From: Synechococcus sp. | Lineage (GTDB): Bacteria; Cyanobacteriota; Cyanobacteriia; PCC-6307; Cyanobiaceae | Length of the DNA: 64,000 nt | NCBI GenBank assembly: GCA_047286485.1 | Contig: JBJBBH010000005.1 | Span: forward strand, 186,056-250,055 | Reading direction: 5' to 3' | Part shown: in pieces, positions 52,327-62,244 of the stretch | How the letters are laid out: each line of letters opens with the position of its first letter | Position numbering within the stretch: position 1 is the first letter of the stretch | Program-made: the position numbers and the translations under genes | The notes under the pieces: generated by a model | What the model was told of the DNA's origin: nothing | The model's input: only the letters and a program-made list of their open reading frames with translations | The model's database searches: none

Positions 52327-52615
52327 GTCCCTGACACTGACCCTGTTCAGCAGGCAGGGCTGCTGCCTTTGCGAGGGATTGGAGCAGCGTCTTCAGGCCA
52401 TTGATCTCCATCGCGTGAGGCCACCCCTGGTGCTGAACGTGATCGATATTGATGCTGAGGGAATAGAGCCGGACGTGCGGTCTCGATATGACCTGGAAGT
52501 GCCTGTTCTGATGCTGCAGGGAAAGCCTTTGCCCCGGGTGTCGCCCCGGCTGAGTGGTGAGGGATTGTTCATTTGGTTGCAACGGCTCTGCACCACAGTC
52601 GCCGGATCGGACTAA
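52307..52615 (+). CDS. Glutaredoxin-like protein (DUF836 type)
   Basis: [28 protein letters not shown]. Confidence 0.82.
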   Translation: MTQSPIESLTLTLFSRQGCCLCEGLEQRLQAIDLHRVRPPLVLNVIDIDAEGIEPDVRSRYDLEVPVLMLQGKPLPRVSPRLSGEGLFIWLQRLCTTVAGSD

Positions 52616-52641
52616 AACGTCCTCATCCCTGGATGGTGGTG

Positions 52642-54147
52642 ATGACGCAGACGCTCCATTCCCTTTTGAAAGCGGTTCTGCTTCCAGTGCCGGTCGAGCT
52701 ACCCAATTCACCGGTCACCTCCATCACCTGTGATTCACGCAAGGTCTCAAACGGCTGCCTGTTCATTGGTCTCCCCGGTGAGAGTGTGGATGGCGGGCGC
52801 TTTTGGAGGCAGGCGCTGAATGCTGGTGCGGTGGCAGCCCTGATCGGGCCTGAGGCGGCGAAGTTCGATCCACCCACGGACCAAGAGCCTGTGCTGGTGA
52901 TCCCCGAGCCAGTGGCCCATTGGGCCGGTGAGCTGGCTGCAGCGTTCTGGCAGCAACCGTCATCCCGGATGCATCTCATCGGCGTGACCGGCACCAATGG
53001 CAAGACCACGACAACCCATTTGATCGAACATCTCAGTCTTGAGTGTGGTCGTCCTGCGGCGCTGTTTGGAACTCTGGTCAACCGCTGGCCTGGACAAAGC
53101 GTGACCTCCACCCACACCACAGCAGTGGCGGATCAGCTTCAGGCCCAGTTGGCCGAAGCGTTGAACCGGGGGACACAGGTCGCGGCCATGGAGGTGAGTT
53201 CCCATGCCCTGGAACAGCAACGGGTTGCGGGCTGTCGTTTCTCCTCAGCCGTGTTCACCAACCTCACGCAGGACCATCTCGACTACCACGCGTCGATGGA
53301 GGCCTATTTCGAAGCGAAGGCGCTCTTGTTTGCCGACCCCTTGCTGGTCGGGGAAGGGCCCCGGGCCGTGGTGAACGTGGACGACAGCTGGGGCCGACGT
53401 CTGGCGGATCGCCTCGGTGAGCGCTGCTGGCGCTGCAGCCTTGAGGAGAAGGCCGATCTCAGCATGCGTGATTTGGAGATGACATCCAGCGGTGTGAAGG
53501 GGCTGTTGATCACACCCCGAGGGGAAGGACGTTTCCATTCGCCCCTGGTGGGTCGCTTCAATCTGATGAACGTGATGCAGGCCATTGGCTCGCTGCTTCA
53601 ACAGGGCCTTCCGCTGACCCTGTTGTTAAAGGCTCTTCCTCACTTCCGTGGTGTGCCTGGGCGTATGGAGCGCGTGCTGCCCACCTCCCCTTTTGCAGAT
53701 CAGCTCCCCGCCGTTGTGGTGGATTACGCCCACACCCCCGATGGCTTGCGCAGTGCGCTCCAGGCCAGTCGCCCTTTTGTGGATGGACGCCTGGTGTGTG
53801 TGTTTGGTTGCGGGGGAGACCGCGATCGGGGCAAGCGTCCTCAGATGGCCTCCATTGCCGCAGAACTGGCTGACCGCGTTGTGGTGACCTCCGACAATCC
53901 ACGCACGGAGGATCCTCAACGCATTCTCGATGATGTGGTGGCGGGTCTTGCTTCAGGCATCGACTACCAGGTGGAAGCCGATCGAGCGATCGCGATCGCT
54001 CAGGCGATCGCTGCGGCCCGGCCCGGAGACCTTGTTCTGATTGCGGGTAAAGGTCATGAGGACTATCAGATTGTTGGCACCGAAAAGCTGCATTTCGATG
54101 ACCGAGAAGAAGCGGAGCGGGCGCTCAGGAAACGCGTGGATGCCTAA
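52642..54147 (+). CDS. murE: UDP-MurNAc-tripeptide synthetase
   Basis: [65 protein letters not shown]. Confidence 0.97.
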   Translation: MTQTLHSLLKAVLLPVPVELPNSPVTSITCDSRKVSNGCLFIGLPGESVDGGRFWRQALNAGAVAALIGPEAAKFDPPTDQEPVLVIPEPVAHWAGELAAAFWQQPSSRMHLIGVTGTNGKTTTTHLIEHLSLECGRPAALFGTLVNRWPGQSVTSTHTTAVADQLQAQLAEALNRGTQVAAMEVSSHALEQQRVAGCRFSSAVFTNLTQDHLDYHASMEAYFEAKALLFADPLLVGEGPRAVVNVDDSWGRRLADRLGERCWRCSLEEKADLSMRDLEMTSSGVKGLLITPRGEGRFHSPLVGRFNLMNVMQAIGSLLQQGLPLTLLLKALPHFRGVPGRMERVLPTSPFADQLPAVVVDYAHTPDGLRSALQASRPFVDGRLVCVFGCGGDRDRGKRPQMASIAAELADRVVVTSDNPRTEDPQRILDDVVAGLASGIDYQVEADRAIAIAQAIAAARPGDLVLIAGKGHEDYQIVGTEKLHFDDREEAERALRKRVDA

Positions 54148-54229
54148 AGAGTCTGTCGTGAAAAATGTGCTTTTGGCCAGGCTGCCTGTTCTGTCAGTGC
54201 CAGTGAAAATCGATCGAAGTTGGCTGGCT

Positions 54230-55165
54230 TTATTGCTGAAATGTTTTTAAGGGGCGTCGGTTTGATGAGGGTACCTGCTTTGCTGTTTTGATCAGTTGAT
54301 TCAGCTGTTCGCAAACCAATTTGGGGCGTTCCATCTGGATGAAGTGGCCGCTCTGAGCACTTAAAATCCTGCTGTGAGGGTTCTGGTTGAGCCATTGCTT
54401 TTGCAGGGCATGCCAATCTCCCTTGATTGGAGCGCTGTCGTTCATTTCGGTAGAGGAAACGATGACGATTGGAAATGTGTTGCTCATGAGAGGTAGCTCT
54501 GCCACTTGCTTTTTCGTCTTGTGAAATCCTTTCTGTTGATAAAATCCATCGGCTGTGATTCCGTTGTTTTCGCTTTGTCTTGAAACGCCGTATAGCTTGT
54601 AGGCTTCTCTGCTGGGGATTTCTCCAATTGCTCTGAGGGCGACGTCAAATTTTTTTTGAATCCGGTCTGAATACAGGAAATTGCTCGGCACCGGATCAAC
54701 CATCAGCATGCCGGCGACTGAATCGGGGTGTTTGCGTGCAAAATATCCTGCATAGATTCCACCGTAAGAGTGTGAAACAAGGATGTATGGTGATTTGATC
54801 TGATTTCTTTCGAGAAGTTGGATGAGTTTTGAGTTGACCAGTTCCGCTGTGATTGGATTTGCGGTAGAGACGCTTAAATCTGGTGAGCTTTTGCCCAGGC
54901 CGCTTCGGTCATACAGGAACAGATTGCCGACTTATTTGATGCACTCAAAGAACGTTTGGTTTGCAGACCATGCTTCTAATGATGATCCTGTGCCGTTTTG
55001 AAAGACGATCGTGCCTTTGAAGCTTGAATGAGGATTTGGGTGATATTGCGAGTGCAAAAGACTCCCATCAATTTCTGTGAAATTGACCTGAGCGGAAGCC
55101 TGAAAGGCGCAGAAATAAGATGATGAAATGATTAGTTTTTGGAGTGTATTTTTGATGCCTTTCAT
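54230..55165 (-). pseudogene. Secreted alpha/beta-hydrolase interrupted by one in-frame TAA at 54932-54934
   Basis: Frame continues through the stop: FFECIK*VGNLFLYDRSGLGKS...ILVSHSYGGIYA...MLMVDP...SGHFIQ; 312 codons in total; AT-rich. Confidence 0.88.
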
Positions 55166-55178
55166 GGTTCTCTTGGGG

Positions 55179-56381
55179 CTAGCTGCTCATCGCTGACAGC
55201 ACCCGAATTTGATCGATGAGTTGCGCCATGTCGCTGTGATTGGTGCAGATATGGGTGCAGGCACGCAGGCAGATGGGATCTGCCAAATCACGGATCCAGA
55301 TCTGTTCTGTGCCCAGTGCTTTCACCACCTCAGATGGTGTGGCCCGCGTTGCCTCAGGGTGCATCTGAAAACTGACCAGGCCAGCGGGGGGTGGACCTTC
55401 AAGCAGCGGTGAGATTCCACCAAGCGATTGCAGATCTCTCCACATCTGTTCACTGAGGGTGCGGATGCGCTCGAGTCGATCGCCATCCGAGCCTTCCTGC
55501 TCCAGCAGGTCAAGAGAGCAGCGCAGACCAGCCATCAATGGCACGCAGCTAGTGGCCACCTCGAAACGACGGCTGTCGTGATGGAAGGGGTCTGGATCAT
55601 CAGCCACAGCCCGCGTTTCATCCTGCAGGCTGCGCCAGCCGATCACGGTGGGATGGGCTTCCGTGAGCATGCGCTCTGAGAGTGCCACCCCGCCGAGCCC
55701 CTCCGGACCACAGGCCCACTTGTGCCCGGTAAAGGCATAGATGTCGGCCGCTTGTGCCGCCTCTGCAACGGGGATCTGGCCGACGCTCTGTGCAGCATCC
55801 ACAAGGAGGTAAGGCTGTGCCGGGTGCTGTTGCAGTTGTGCCGCCACCGCGGCGATGGGCATCTGTTGACCGGTGTTCCAGAGCAGATGCGACAACACCA
55901 CCAGTCGCGTTCGGCTGGTGAGTTGTTGTTCGAGTGCCGTGAGTACCTCGCGATCGGTGCGTGCCTGCTGATCGCGTCCGAGCCTGAATTGCTTCATGGG
56001 CAGCGTGTTGACCTGAAGCTGGCGGCGACGCGCCAGTTCGTGGCAGGCCGCGACGACGCCGGGGTGTTCACAGTCGCTGATCAGAATGTGGTCGCCATCG
56101 TTCAGGGGAAGGCCCCAGAGCGGCAGCACACACCCAGTGGTGACGTTCTCGCTCAGGGCGAGCCGATGCGCTGGCACATTGCACAACCGGGCCAGACGGC
56201 CGCGAGTTTTGCTCACTTCAGAGCTGATGTAGGGCCAGATGTCGGTTGTGAAGGGGCCCAGTTCCTGGATCCGTTTCCAGCTGGTGGTGATGGCCTCCAG
56301 CGAGGGTGTTGGCAGCGGCCCCTGCCCGCCGTAGTTGAAGTAGGTCTTGTTGGCCAGTGCGGGGCAGAGTTCTCTCAGCAT
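55179..56381 (-). CDS. Class V PLP aminotransferase (CefD/cysteine-lyase-like)
   Basis: YFNYGGQGP, NVT.G, EHPG, SH.LWNTG, VDAAQS.G, TGHKW..GPEG.G. Confidence 0.88.
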   Translation of the reverse strand: MLRELCPALANKTYFNYGGQGPLPTPSLEAITTSWKRIQELGPFTTDIWPYISSEVSKTRGRLARLCNVPAHRLALSENVTTGCVLPLWGLPLNDGDHILISDCEHPGVVAACHELARRRQLQVNTLPMKQFRLGRDQQARTDREVLTALEQQLTSRTRLVVLSHLLWNTGQQMPIAAVAAQLQQHPAQPYLLVDAAQSVGQIPVAEAAQAADIYAFTGHKWACGPEGLGGVALSERMLTEAHPTVIGWRSLQDETRAVADDPDPFHHDSRRFEVATSCVPLMAGLRCSLDLLEQEGSDGDRLERIRTLSEQMWRDLQSLGGISPLLEGPPPAGLVSFQMHPEATRATPSEVVKALGTEQIWIRDLADPICLRACTHICTNHSDMAQLIDQIRVLSAMSS

Positions 56382-56542
56382 TGGGGATCGGGACCTGATC
56401 TCATGATCGCCCTTGGATTCATGCTGTGCTGCACCAGCTGCCCTTGGATGGGGTGGGTCCCAAGTTCAAGACATGGCTCTTCTTCGGAGTGTTCAGCTAC
56501 GCCATGGCTACGTTGCGTTTGTTCGTTGGGTTGGTATCACCG

Positions 56543-57262
56543 ATGGCCCTGGTGGACTGGCTCTGGATTCTTCACCCCGTGCTGGCCGTGGTGTTGATCT
56601 ATCCCCTCATTGGGATCGTGATCCGACTGGCGATGCAGACACGCACCCGGCGATTGAAGACCGCGAAATCGCCTCCGACGGTGGGGCGCGACCACAGCGA
56701 TCTCGGCCGTTGGCTGGCTGCAGGTGTGGTTGGGGTCGTGATCGTTGCGCTGATTGTGGCCATCGCCACCCATGCGCCCCTCGATCAGTTTCAAGGTGGC
56801 TTCACCCGTGCTTTCACACTTCTGCTGGTGCTGATCGGAACCCTGCTCAGTCTTGGGGCGCTCTGGATTGCGAAGGCACCTGGCCTGCGGTTGGCGTTTG
56901 CGCTGATCACGTGGGCTGGTGTTCTCGGCCTGGGAGCTCAGCCTGAGGTGTGGCGATTGTCCGACGACCCTTTCTCGCCAGGGTTCTGGCAATCCCATTA
57001 CTGGTCTGGTGTGGCCGTGGTGGGCTTGATGCTCTTTTCTCTCGGTGCCCGGCCGGAGATCCTGCGTGATCTGCGCCTGCGCCGTCTGCATGTCACCGCC
57101 AATGTGCTGGCAGCGCTGCTGTTTGTGGTGCAGGGTGTCACCGGCACCCGCGACTTGCTGGAGATTCCGCTGAGCTGGCAGAAGCCAACGATCTATGGCT
57201 GCAATTTCGAGGCTCGCAGCTGCCCGCCGTTTGCCCCGCTTCCTTCGGCACCCACTCCTTAG
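56543..57262 (+). CDS. DUF4079-like membrane protein (second paralog)
   Basis: HPVLAV..IYPLIG...RL...R.RRL, H.D.GRW, WQSHYW.G, R.LHV..N. Confidence 0.78.
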   Translation: MALVDWLWILHPVLAVVLIYPLIGIVIRLAMQTRTRRLKTAKSPPTVGRDHSDLGRWLAAGVVGVVIVALIVAIATHAPLDQFQGGFTRAFTLLLVLIGTLLSLGALWIAKAPGLRLAFALITWAGVLGLGAQPEVWRLSDDPFSPGFWQSHYWSGVAVVGLMLFSLGARPEILRDLRLRRLHVTANVLAALLFVVQGVTGTRDLLEIPLSWQKPTIYGCNFEARSCPPFAPLPSAPTP

Positions 57263-58509
57263 AGAGGAGTTCCGCTGCCATGAGCACAGTGCTGCCCTGC
57301 TGAATCCGGATGATCCGGATTCCAGGGCTCAGGTTCAATCACTCCGAAATCCTTCACCACCTGGAAGTTCCCCGTGTCATCGGCTTGGCCAAGCAGGGAG
57401 CGCTGGTTCAGGTGTTGGCTGGGGGTGATCGTGACCAAACCCCCCGGGGCTGCATAGCTGGTTCCGATCAGCTGCTGACGCACGTCTTGGGGATTGGTGC
57501 TGCCTGCCCGTTCCACGGCGCGAGCCCAGAGATGCACCAGGCTGTAAGCCGCTTCAGCGGGGTCGTTGACCACCCTGTGGAAGCCGTAGCGACGACGGAA
57601 GCGCTGCGCGAAGGATTTGGAGCTCTCTGCGTCCAACGATTGGAAATAGCTCCAGCTGGCATAGGTTCCGGAAATTTTTTTCGGACCGATCGCTAGAGCT
57701 TCTTCCTCCGAAACGGACAGGCTCAAGAGCGATACACCGCGATCGACCGCTTGCGCTCCAACAAGCCCATTGCGGTAAAGCTGTTCAAAGAAGGCGAGGT
57801 TGCTGTCGCCGTTGAGCGTGTTGACCACAACAACCGGACCGCTTGCGCTGGCTTGCCGAATGCTGTCGACCAGTGGCTGCACCGCTGCACTGCCGAATGG
57901 GATGTAGCGCTCATCCAACACCGTTCCACCCTCCCGTTGCACCTGGGCACGCATGATGCGATTGGCGGTGCGAGGGTAGATGTAGTCGGATCCGATCAGC
58001 AGGACGCGCTTGCTGCGGTTGGCGAGCATCCAGCTCAACGCGGGTTCCGACTGCTGATTGGGAACGGAACCGCCGTACACCACCTGAGGAGAGCACTCCT
58101 GCCCTTCGTATTGCACGGGATAAAACAGCAGTGCATCCCGTGTTTCCAGAACCGGCAGCATCGCTTTGCGACTGGCCGAGGTCCAGCCTCCGAAGATGGC
58201 CACCACCTGGTGTTCATCCAGCAACTCTTCGGCCTGCTGAGCAAAGGTGTCTGGATCCGACATGCCGTCTTCCTCGATCGGCTGAATCAAGACGCGTTGG
58301 CCATTGAGCCTCAGCCCGCCGCTGGCGTTGATGTCCTCGATGGCCAGCCGTTCGGCCTCGGCAACAGTGTTTTCCGACAGGGCCATCGTTCCGCTGCGGG
58401 AATGGAGCAGGCCCACGCGCACCAGCTTGTTGCCGGGTGTGGAACTGCCCTGCCCGCAACTGCTCACCAGCAGTGTGATCAGCAGGGAGATCAGCGTCTT
58501 TCGCGTCAT
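57259..58509 (-). CDS. UrtA-like urea/short-amide-binding periplasmic lipoprotein (orphan)
   Basis: Lipobox LVSSC; G.LHS.SGTMA.SE, WTSASRK, YPVQYEGQECS, PNQQ, GSDY.YPRTAN, NTLNGDSN, YFQS, NDP.EAAY. Confidence 0.9.
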   Translation of the reverse strand: MTRKTLISLLITLLVSSCGQGSSTPGNKLVRVGLLHSRSGTMALSENTVAEAERLAIEDINASGGLRLNGQRVLIQPIEEDGMSDPDTFAQQAEELLDEHQVVAIFGGWTSASRKAMLPVLETRDALLFYPVQYEGQECSPQVVYGGSVPNQQSEPALSWMLANRSKRVLLIGSDYIYPRTANRIMRAQVQREGGTVLDERYIPFGSAAVQPLVDSIRQASASGPVVVVNTLNGDSNLAFFEQLYRNGLVGAQAVDRGVSLLSLSVSEEEALAIGPKKISGTYASWSYFQSLDAESSKSFAQRFRRRYGFHRVVNDPAEAAYSLVHLWARAVERAGSTNPQDVRQQLIGTSYAAPGGLVTITPSQHLNQRSLLGQADDTGNFQVVKDFGVIEPEPWNPDHPDSAGQHCAHGSGTPL

Positions 58510-59645
58510 CGACTTCCCCAGCTGATCAGCGCGGTCAGCACCAGCACAGCGGACGAGATGATCTGAAAGCGCAGGTCAGCTCGATTGATCCGGCGCATGG
58601 TCTCGAGCTTCCGATCGTCGGGCGCGTCGGCATAGGTGTTGTACCCCCATGTGAAGAGAGCGAACAGGGCCATGGCGATCAGATAGCTGGCGGTGAACAA
58701 ATCATCGAGAAAGGTGGTGTAGGGCAGTTTCGGCAGCGACGAGTGATACGACTGCTGCAGAAAGATGAGTGTGAGCAGTGCCGTGGATGGGATGGCGAGT
58801 CGCACATCAGACAGTGTTCCCTCAACCGACGGCGCCATCAGCACAATCGAGTTGATGATCATCAGCGGGATCACCCAGTTCACGATCCCAGGCCAGAGAT
58901 TCGACTGGTAAACCACTTCCAGCCGCACCTGGCTCATGTGCGGTCGATACCAGGTGCCCCGGCGGTTGTTGGTCCGTCGCAGATAGGGCGTGAAGCTGGC
59001 GCTTTCCAGTTGATAACCGCTCAGTGATCCAAGCTCACCCACAAGGTTGTCCTTGCTCGGCTCAGGCAGCAGGCGCACCTCTTCGTATTTCTGAGACGTC
59101 CAGAGTGGTTTGAGTTCAACAATGATCGGCAGCCGCAGAATGTCGAATGGGTCACGGCGGAAGTCGACTTGATCGTCATAGAACCGGCTGGAGAAGTGAT
59201 AAAGCTGCTGGCGCCGGCCACCAGAAAGCTCCCGTGGTGCATCCGTGGAGGGTTCGAAGGTTGAGTCCCACGTTTCAATGCGGTTGGCCAGTTCGATCAG
59301 CCCAGCAGGATCGTCGCCATGTTTCTGCAGCAGGGCTTCCACCTCGGGTAACCACTCCAGCCAGATCTCACCGTCAGCGGTGAAGGTGCGCGAGTTCAGA
59401 TTCAGCTCATAGATCTTTTCGAGATGGATCCCGGCATAGATAAACGGATGCTCGCGCACCAGCTCCTCGGAAAGCCGCACTTCTTCCAGGCCTGACGGAC
59501 CTTCCATCAGTTCCGTCACCGCGCTGGGATGGAGCGGCTTGGTGGGTCCTTGGCCAATCAGCCCACGTCCACTGAGCATCAGCGCGATGCTGAGTGCTGC
59601 CATCAGCACCAACGCGAAAAGGCGTGGACGGGGCATCCTCCGCAT
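58506..59645 (-). CDS. Prokaryotic pentameric ligand-gated ion channel (Pro-loop receptor, ELIC/GLIC-like)
   Basis: Hydrophobic N-terminal leader; beta-rich ECD with F.ADG.IWL.W and DFRRDPFD; four TM helices; M2-M3 loop SSLPKLPYTTFLD. Confidence 0.85.
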   Translation of the reverse strand: MRRMPRPRLFALVLMAALSIALMLSGRGLIGQGPTKPLHPSAVTELMEGPSGLEEVRLSEELVREHPFIYAGIHLEKIYELNLNSRTFTADGEIWLEWLPEVEALLQKHGDDPAGLIELANRIETWDSTFEPSTDAPRELSGGRRQQLYHFSSRFYDDQVDFRRDPFDILRLPIIVELKPLWTSQKYEEVRLLPEPSKDNLVGELGSLSGYQLESASFTPYLRRTNNRRGTWYRPHMSQVRLEVVYQSNLWPGIVNWVIPLMIINSIVLMAPSVEGTLSDVRLAIPSTALLTLIFLQQSYHSSLPKLPYTTFLDDLFTASYLIAMALFALFTWGYNTYADAPDDRKLETMRRINRADLRFQIISSAVLVLTALISWGSR

Positions 59646-59718
59646 CAACCGGCGCTCGTGCCTTCACTGATGACTTCAGGATGGCTTTTGGCGCTGAGCC
59701 TGTCAGTAGGGAACCTGT

Positions 59719-59964
59719 TCAGAGAACCTGAACCACCTCACTCACTTCGGGGATGGATTCACGCATTTTGCGCTCGATTCCCATCTTCAGGGTCATGGTG
59801 CTGCTGGGGCAGCTTCCGCAGGCACCCTGCAATCGCACTTTGACCACCGGTCCATCGATCTCCACCACTTCCACGTTGCCGCCATCGGCCATCAGGAACG
59901 GGCGCAGTTCATCGAGCACCTTTTCCACGTTTTCAGTGGTGAGCGGCATTGTTTCGGTGCTCAT
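59719..59964 (-). CDS. nfuA: NifU-like Fe-S cluster scaffold/carrier
   Basis: [32 protein letters not shown]. Confidence 0.92.
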   Translation of the reverse strand: MSTETMPLTTENVEKVLDELRPFLMADGGNVEVVEIDGPVVKVRLQGACGSCPSSTMTLKMGIERKMRESIPEVSEVVQVL

Positions 59965-60054
59965 GGCCGGATGGGGGTGAGTGCTTTCACTCAGGGTAGG
60001 CAGGCACGTGTCCGGATTGGTTCATACCCTTGAGAAGCAGGATCAGCCAACGCG

Positions 60055-61536
60055 ATGGACCGTTACGACGCCGTGCTGGTGGGTGCGGGAATGATGAGCT
60101 CCACCCTGGCGTCGTTGCTGCACGCCCTCGATCCCGAGATGCGCCTGCTTCTGGTGGAGCGTCTCGAGGCGCCAGCTCTGGAGAGCAGTGCCGCAGTCAA
60201 CAACGCCGGCACCGGCCATGCCGCCAACTGTGAGCTCAATTACACCCCCCAGCAGGCCGATGGAACGGTCTCCACTGATAAGGCCTTAGGAATCAATGCA
60301 GCGTTTGAGCGCAGCCTGGAGTTCTGGGCTTCCCTTTCAGAACAGGGCGTTCTCGATCCAGGCAGCTTTCTTCATCAGGTGCCCCATCTGAGTTTTGTCT
60401 GGGGCCAGAAGGACGTGGCGTTTCTCCAGCAGCGGCATCAACAGCTGAGTGCCCTGCCAGCCTTTGCCGCCATGCAGTGGAGCACCGATGCCGGGCAGAT
60501 CGGCGAGTGGATGCCCCTGGTGATGGAGGGGCGTGGCTCTGATCAGCAGCTGGCCGCCACTCGCATCGAGCGTGGGCTTGATCTTGATTTCGGTTCGCTC
60601 ACCAGGGCACTGCTGCTGCCGTTGCAGACAGCGGGAGCGCTTCAAGTGATGTATGGCACTTCGGTGCAAGGCATCAAGCGTCTGCTGACGGAGTCGATGC
60701 GCAGCTGTGACTGGCAACTGGATCTGCGCGGTCCATCGGGGCGTCGCCGCGTGCAGGCGCCGTTTGTGTTTCTTGGCGCAGGGGGTGGTGCACTGCCACT
60801 GCTGCAGAGCAGCGGCATTCCTGAAGCTGCCAACTATGCCGGCTTCCCCGTGAGCGGTCAGTGGCTGGTGTGTGGAGAGCCGGCACTGGTGGAGCGTCAC
60901 CACGCCAAGGTGTACGGCAAAGCAAAAGTGGGCGCACCGCCGATGTCGGTGCCCCATCTCGACACCCGCTGGATCGACGGCAAGCGTTCATTGCTGTTTG
61001 GTCCCTATGCCGGATTCAGCAGCAAATTTCTCAAGACCGGTTCGCTGTTGGATCTGCCCCTGTCGGTGCGTCCCACCAACCTGCTGCCGATGCTGCAGGT
61101 GGGCGTTCACAACCTGCCTCTGGTGAAGTACCTGATCAATCAACTGCGCCAGAGCGAAGCCGATCGGATGGAGGCCTTGCGCGCTTTTCTGCCGCAGGCC
61201 CATGCCGATGACTGGAGCCTCTCGGTGGCCGGGCAACGGGTGCAGATCATCAAACGCACGCCTGACGGTGGCCGCCTGCAGATGGGCACGGAAGTGGTCA
61301 GTGCAGCGGATGGCTCCCTGGCGGCGTTGCTCGGTGCCTCCCCGGGGGCGAGCACCTCCGTCCAGATCATGGTGGAGGTGCTGGAGCGTTGCTTTGCCGC
61401 AAAGCTGGCCACACCGGCCTGGCAGGATCGCTTGCATCAGCTGATCCCCAGCTATGGCCAGGATCTCAACAGCGATCCAGCGCTGTTGACGCGCACCCGA
61501 GAACGCAGTGATGCCCTGCTGGGTTTAAGCGTCTGA
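60055..61536 (+). CDS. mqo: Malate:quinone oxidoreductase
   Basis: [63 protein letters not shown]. Confidence 0.96.
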   Translation: MDRYDAVLVGAGMMSSTLASLLHALDPEMRLLLVERLEAPALESSAAVNNAGTGHAANCELNYTPQQADGTVSTDKALGINAAFERSLEFWASLSEQGVLDPGSFLHQVPHLSFVWGQKDVAFLQQRHQQLSALPAFAAMQWSTDAGQIGEWMPLVMEGRGSDQQLAATRIERGLDLDFGSLTRALLLPLQTAGALQVMYGTSVQGIKRLLTESMRSCDWQLDLRGPSGRRRVQAPFVFLGAGGGALPLLQSSGIPEAANYAGFPVSGQWLVCGEPALVERHHAKVYGKAKVGAPPMSVPHLDTRWIDGKRSLLFGPYAGFSSKFLKTGSLLDLPLSVRPTNLLPMLQVGVHNLPLVKYLINQLRQSEADRMEALRAFLPQAHADDWSLSVAGQRVQIIKRTPDGGRLQMGTEVVSAADGSLAALLGASPGASTSVQIMVEVLERCFAAKLATPAWQDRLHQLIPSYGQDLNSDPALLTRTRERSDALLGLSV

Positions 61537-62178
61537 TCCTTGCTGCTTCCGCATCCGCTTCTGGATCACTCCCGCCAGGATCGCCAGGGCGAACATGCCG
61601 AACACCGCGCCGATCAGCAACAGTTTGCCGCCGCTGAAAACCCCAGCGCCCAGCGCCACGATCGGGCCAGTGCTGAGCAACACACTCACCAGCAACGGCA
61701 GCATGAATGCACGCCAGGAAACGCCGCCGAGGCCTGCGGCATAGCTCACAAAATCGAACAGGCCGGTCATCAGCAGGCCGGTGAGCAAAAACGGATTGCC
61801 TTCCAGTTGATTGCGGCTGAAGCGTTCGATGGTGGTCATCGCCCCTTCGCCCACCAGCTTCTGGATCGGGCCGCGACCGTAGTTGCTGGCCAGAAGGAAG
61901 GCCGCCTGGCAGAAGATCAGATCGCAGACCACGATCGTGATGAAGCCCGTCTGAAACCCCAGCAATGCGCCCGCCAGCAGGGAATAAGCCGTGCTGGGCA
62001 GTGCGGGCAGGATGATGCTGACCCCGCGCAGGAACAGGATTCCCAAGGGGGCCCAGAACCCAAGGCGCTCCACCTGTGCCCGGATTGGCTCAATGCCGTA
62101 CACGTTGATCAGGTGAAACAGCACGGCAAGCCCGGCAATCACAGCTGCAATCAGCAGGAAACGGCGAAAGCGCGACAC
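61525..62178 (-). CDS. TVP38/TMEM64 (VTT/DedA superfamily) membrane protein
   Basis: LP.LP.T...L.AG.L.GF..G, F.....YGR, FD.VSYAAGL. Confidence 0.82.
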   Translation of the reverse strand: MSRFRRFLLIAAVIAGLAVLFHLINVYGIEPIRAQVERLGFWAPLGILFLRGVSIILPALPSTAYSLLAGALLGFQTGFITIVVCDLIFCQAAFLLASNYGRGPIQKLVGEGAMTTIERFSRNQLEGNPFLLTGLLMTGLFDFVSYAAGLGGVSWRAFMLPLLVSVLLSTGPIVALGAGVFSGGKLLLIGAVFGMFALAILAGVIQKRMRKQQGSDA

Positions 62179-62244
62179 AGGGAGAGACGTTCAGCGTGCT
62201 GATGACCTTCCCATACCAATGTGATCTCCAGCGACTCTCCGGTA

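Noticed and set aside
53984-54012. Three clustered GCGATCGC (HIP1) octamers
   Set aside because: They encode [10 protein letters not shown] within murE; HIP1 does not appear enriched elsewhere in the window.
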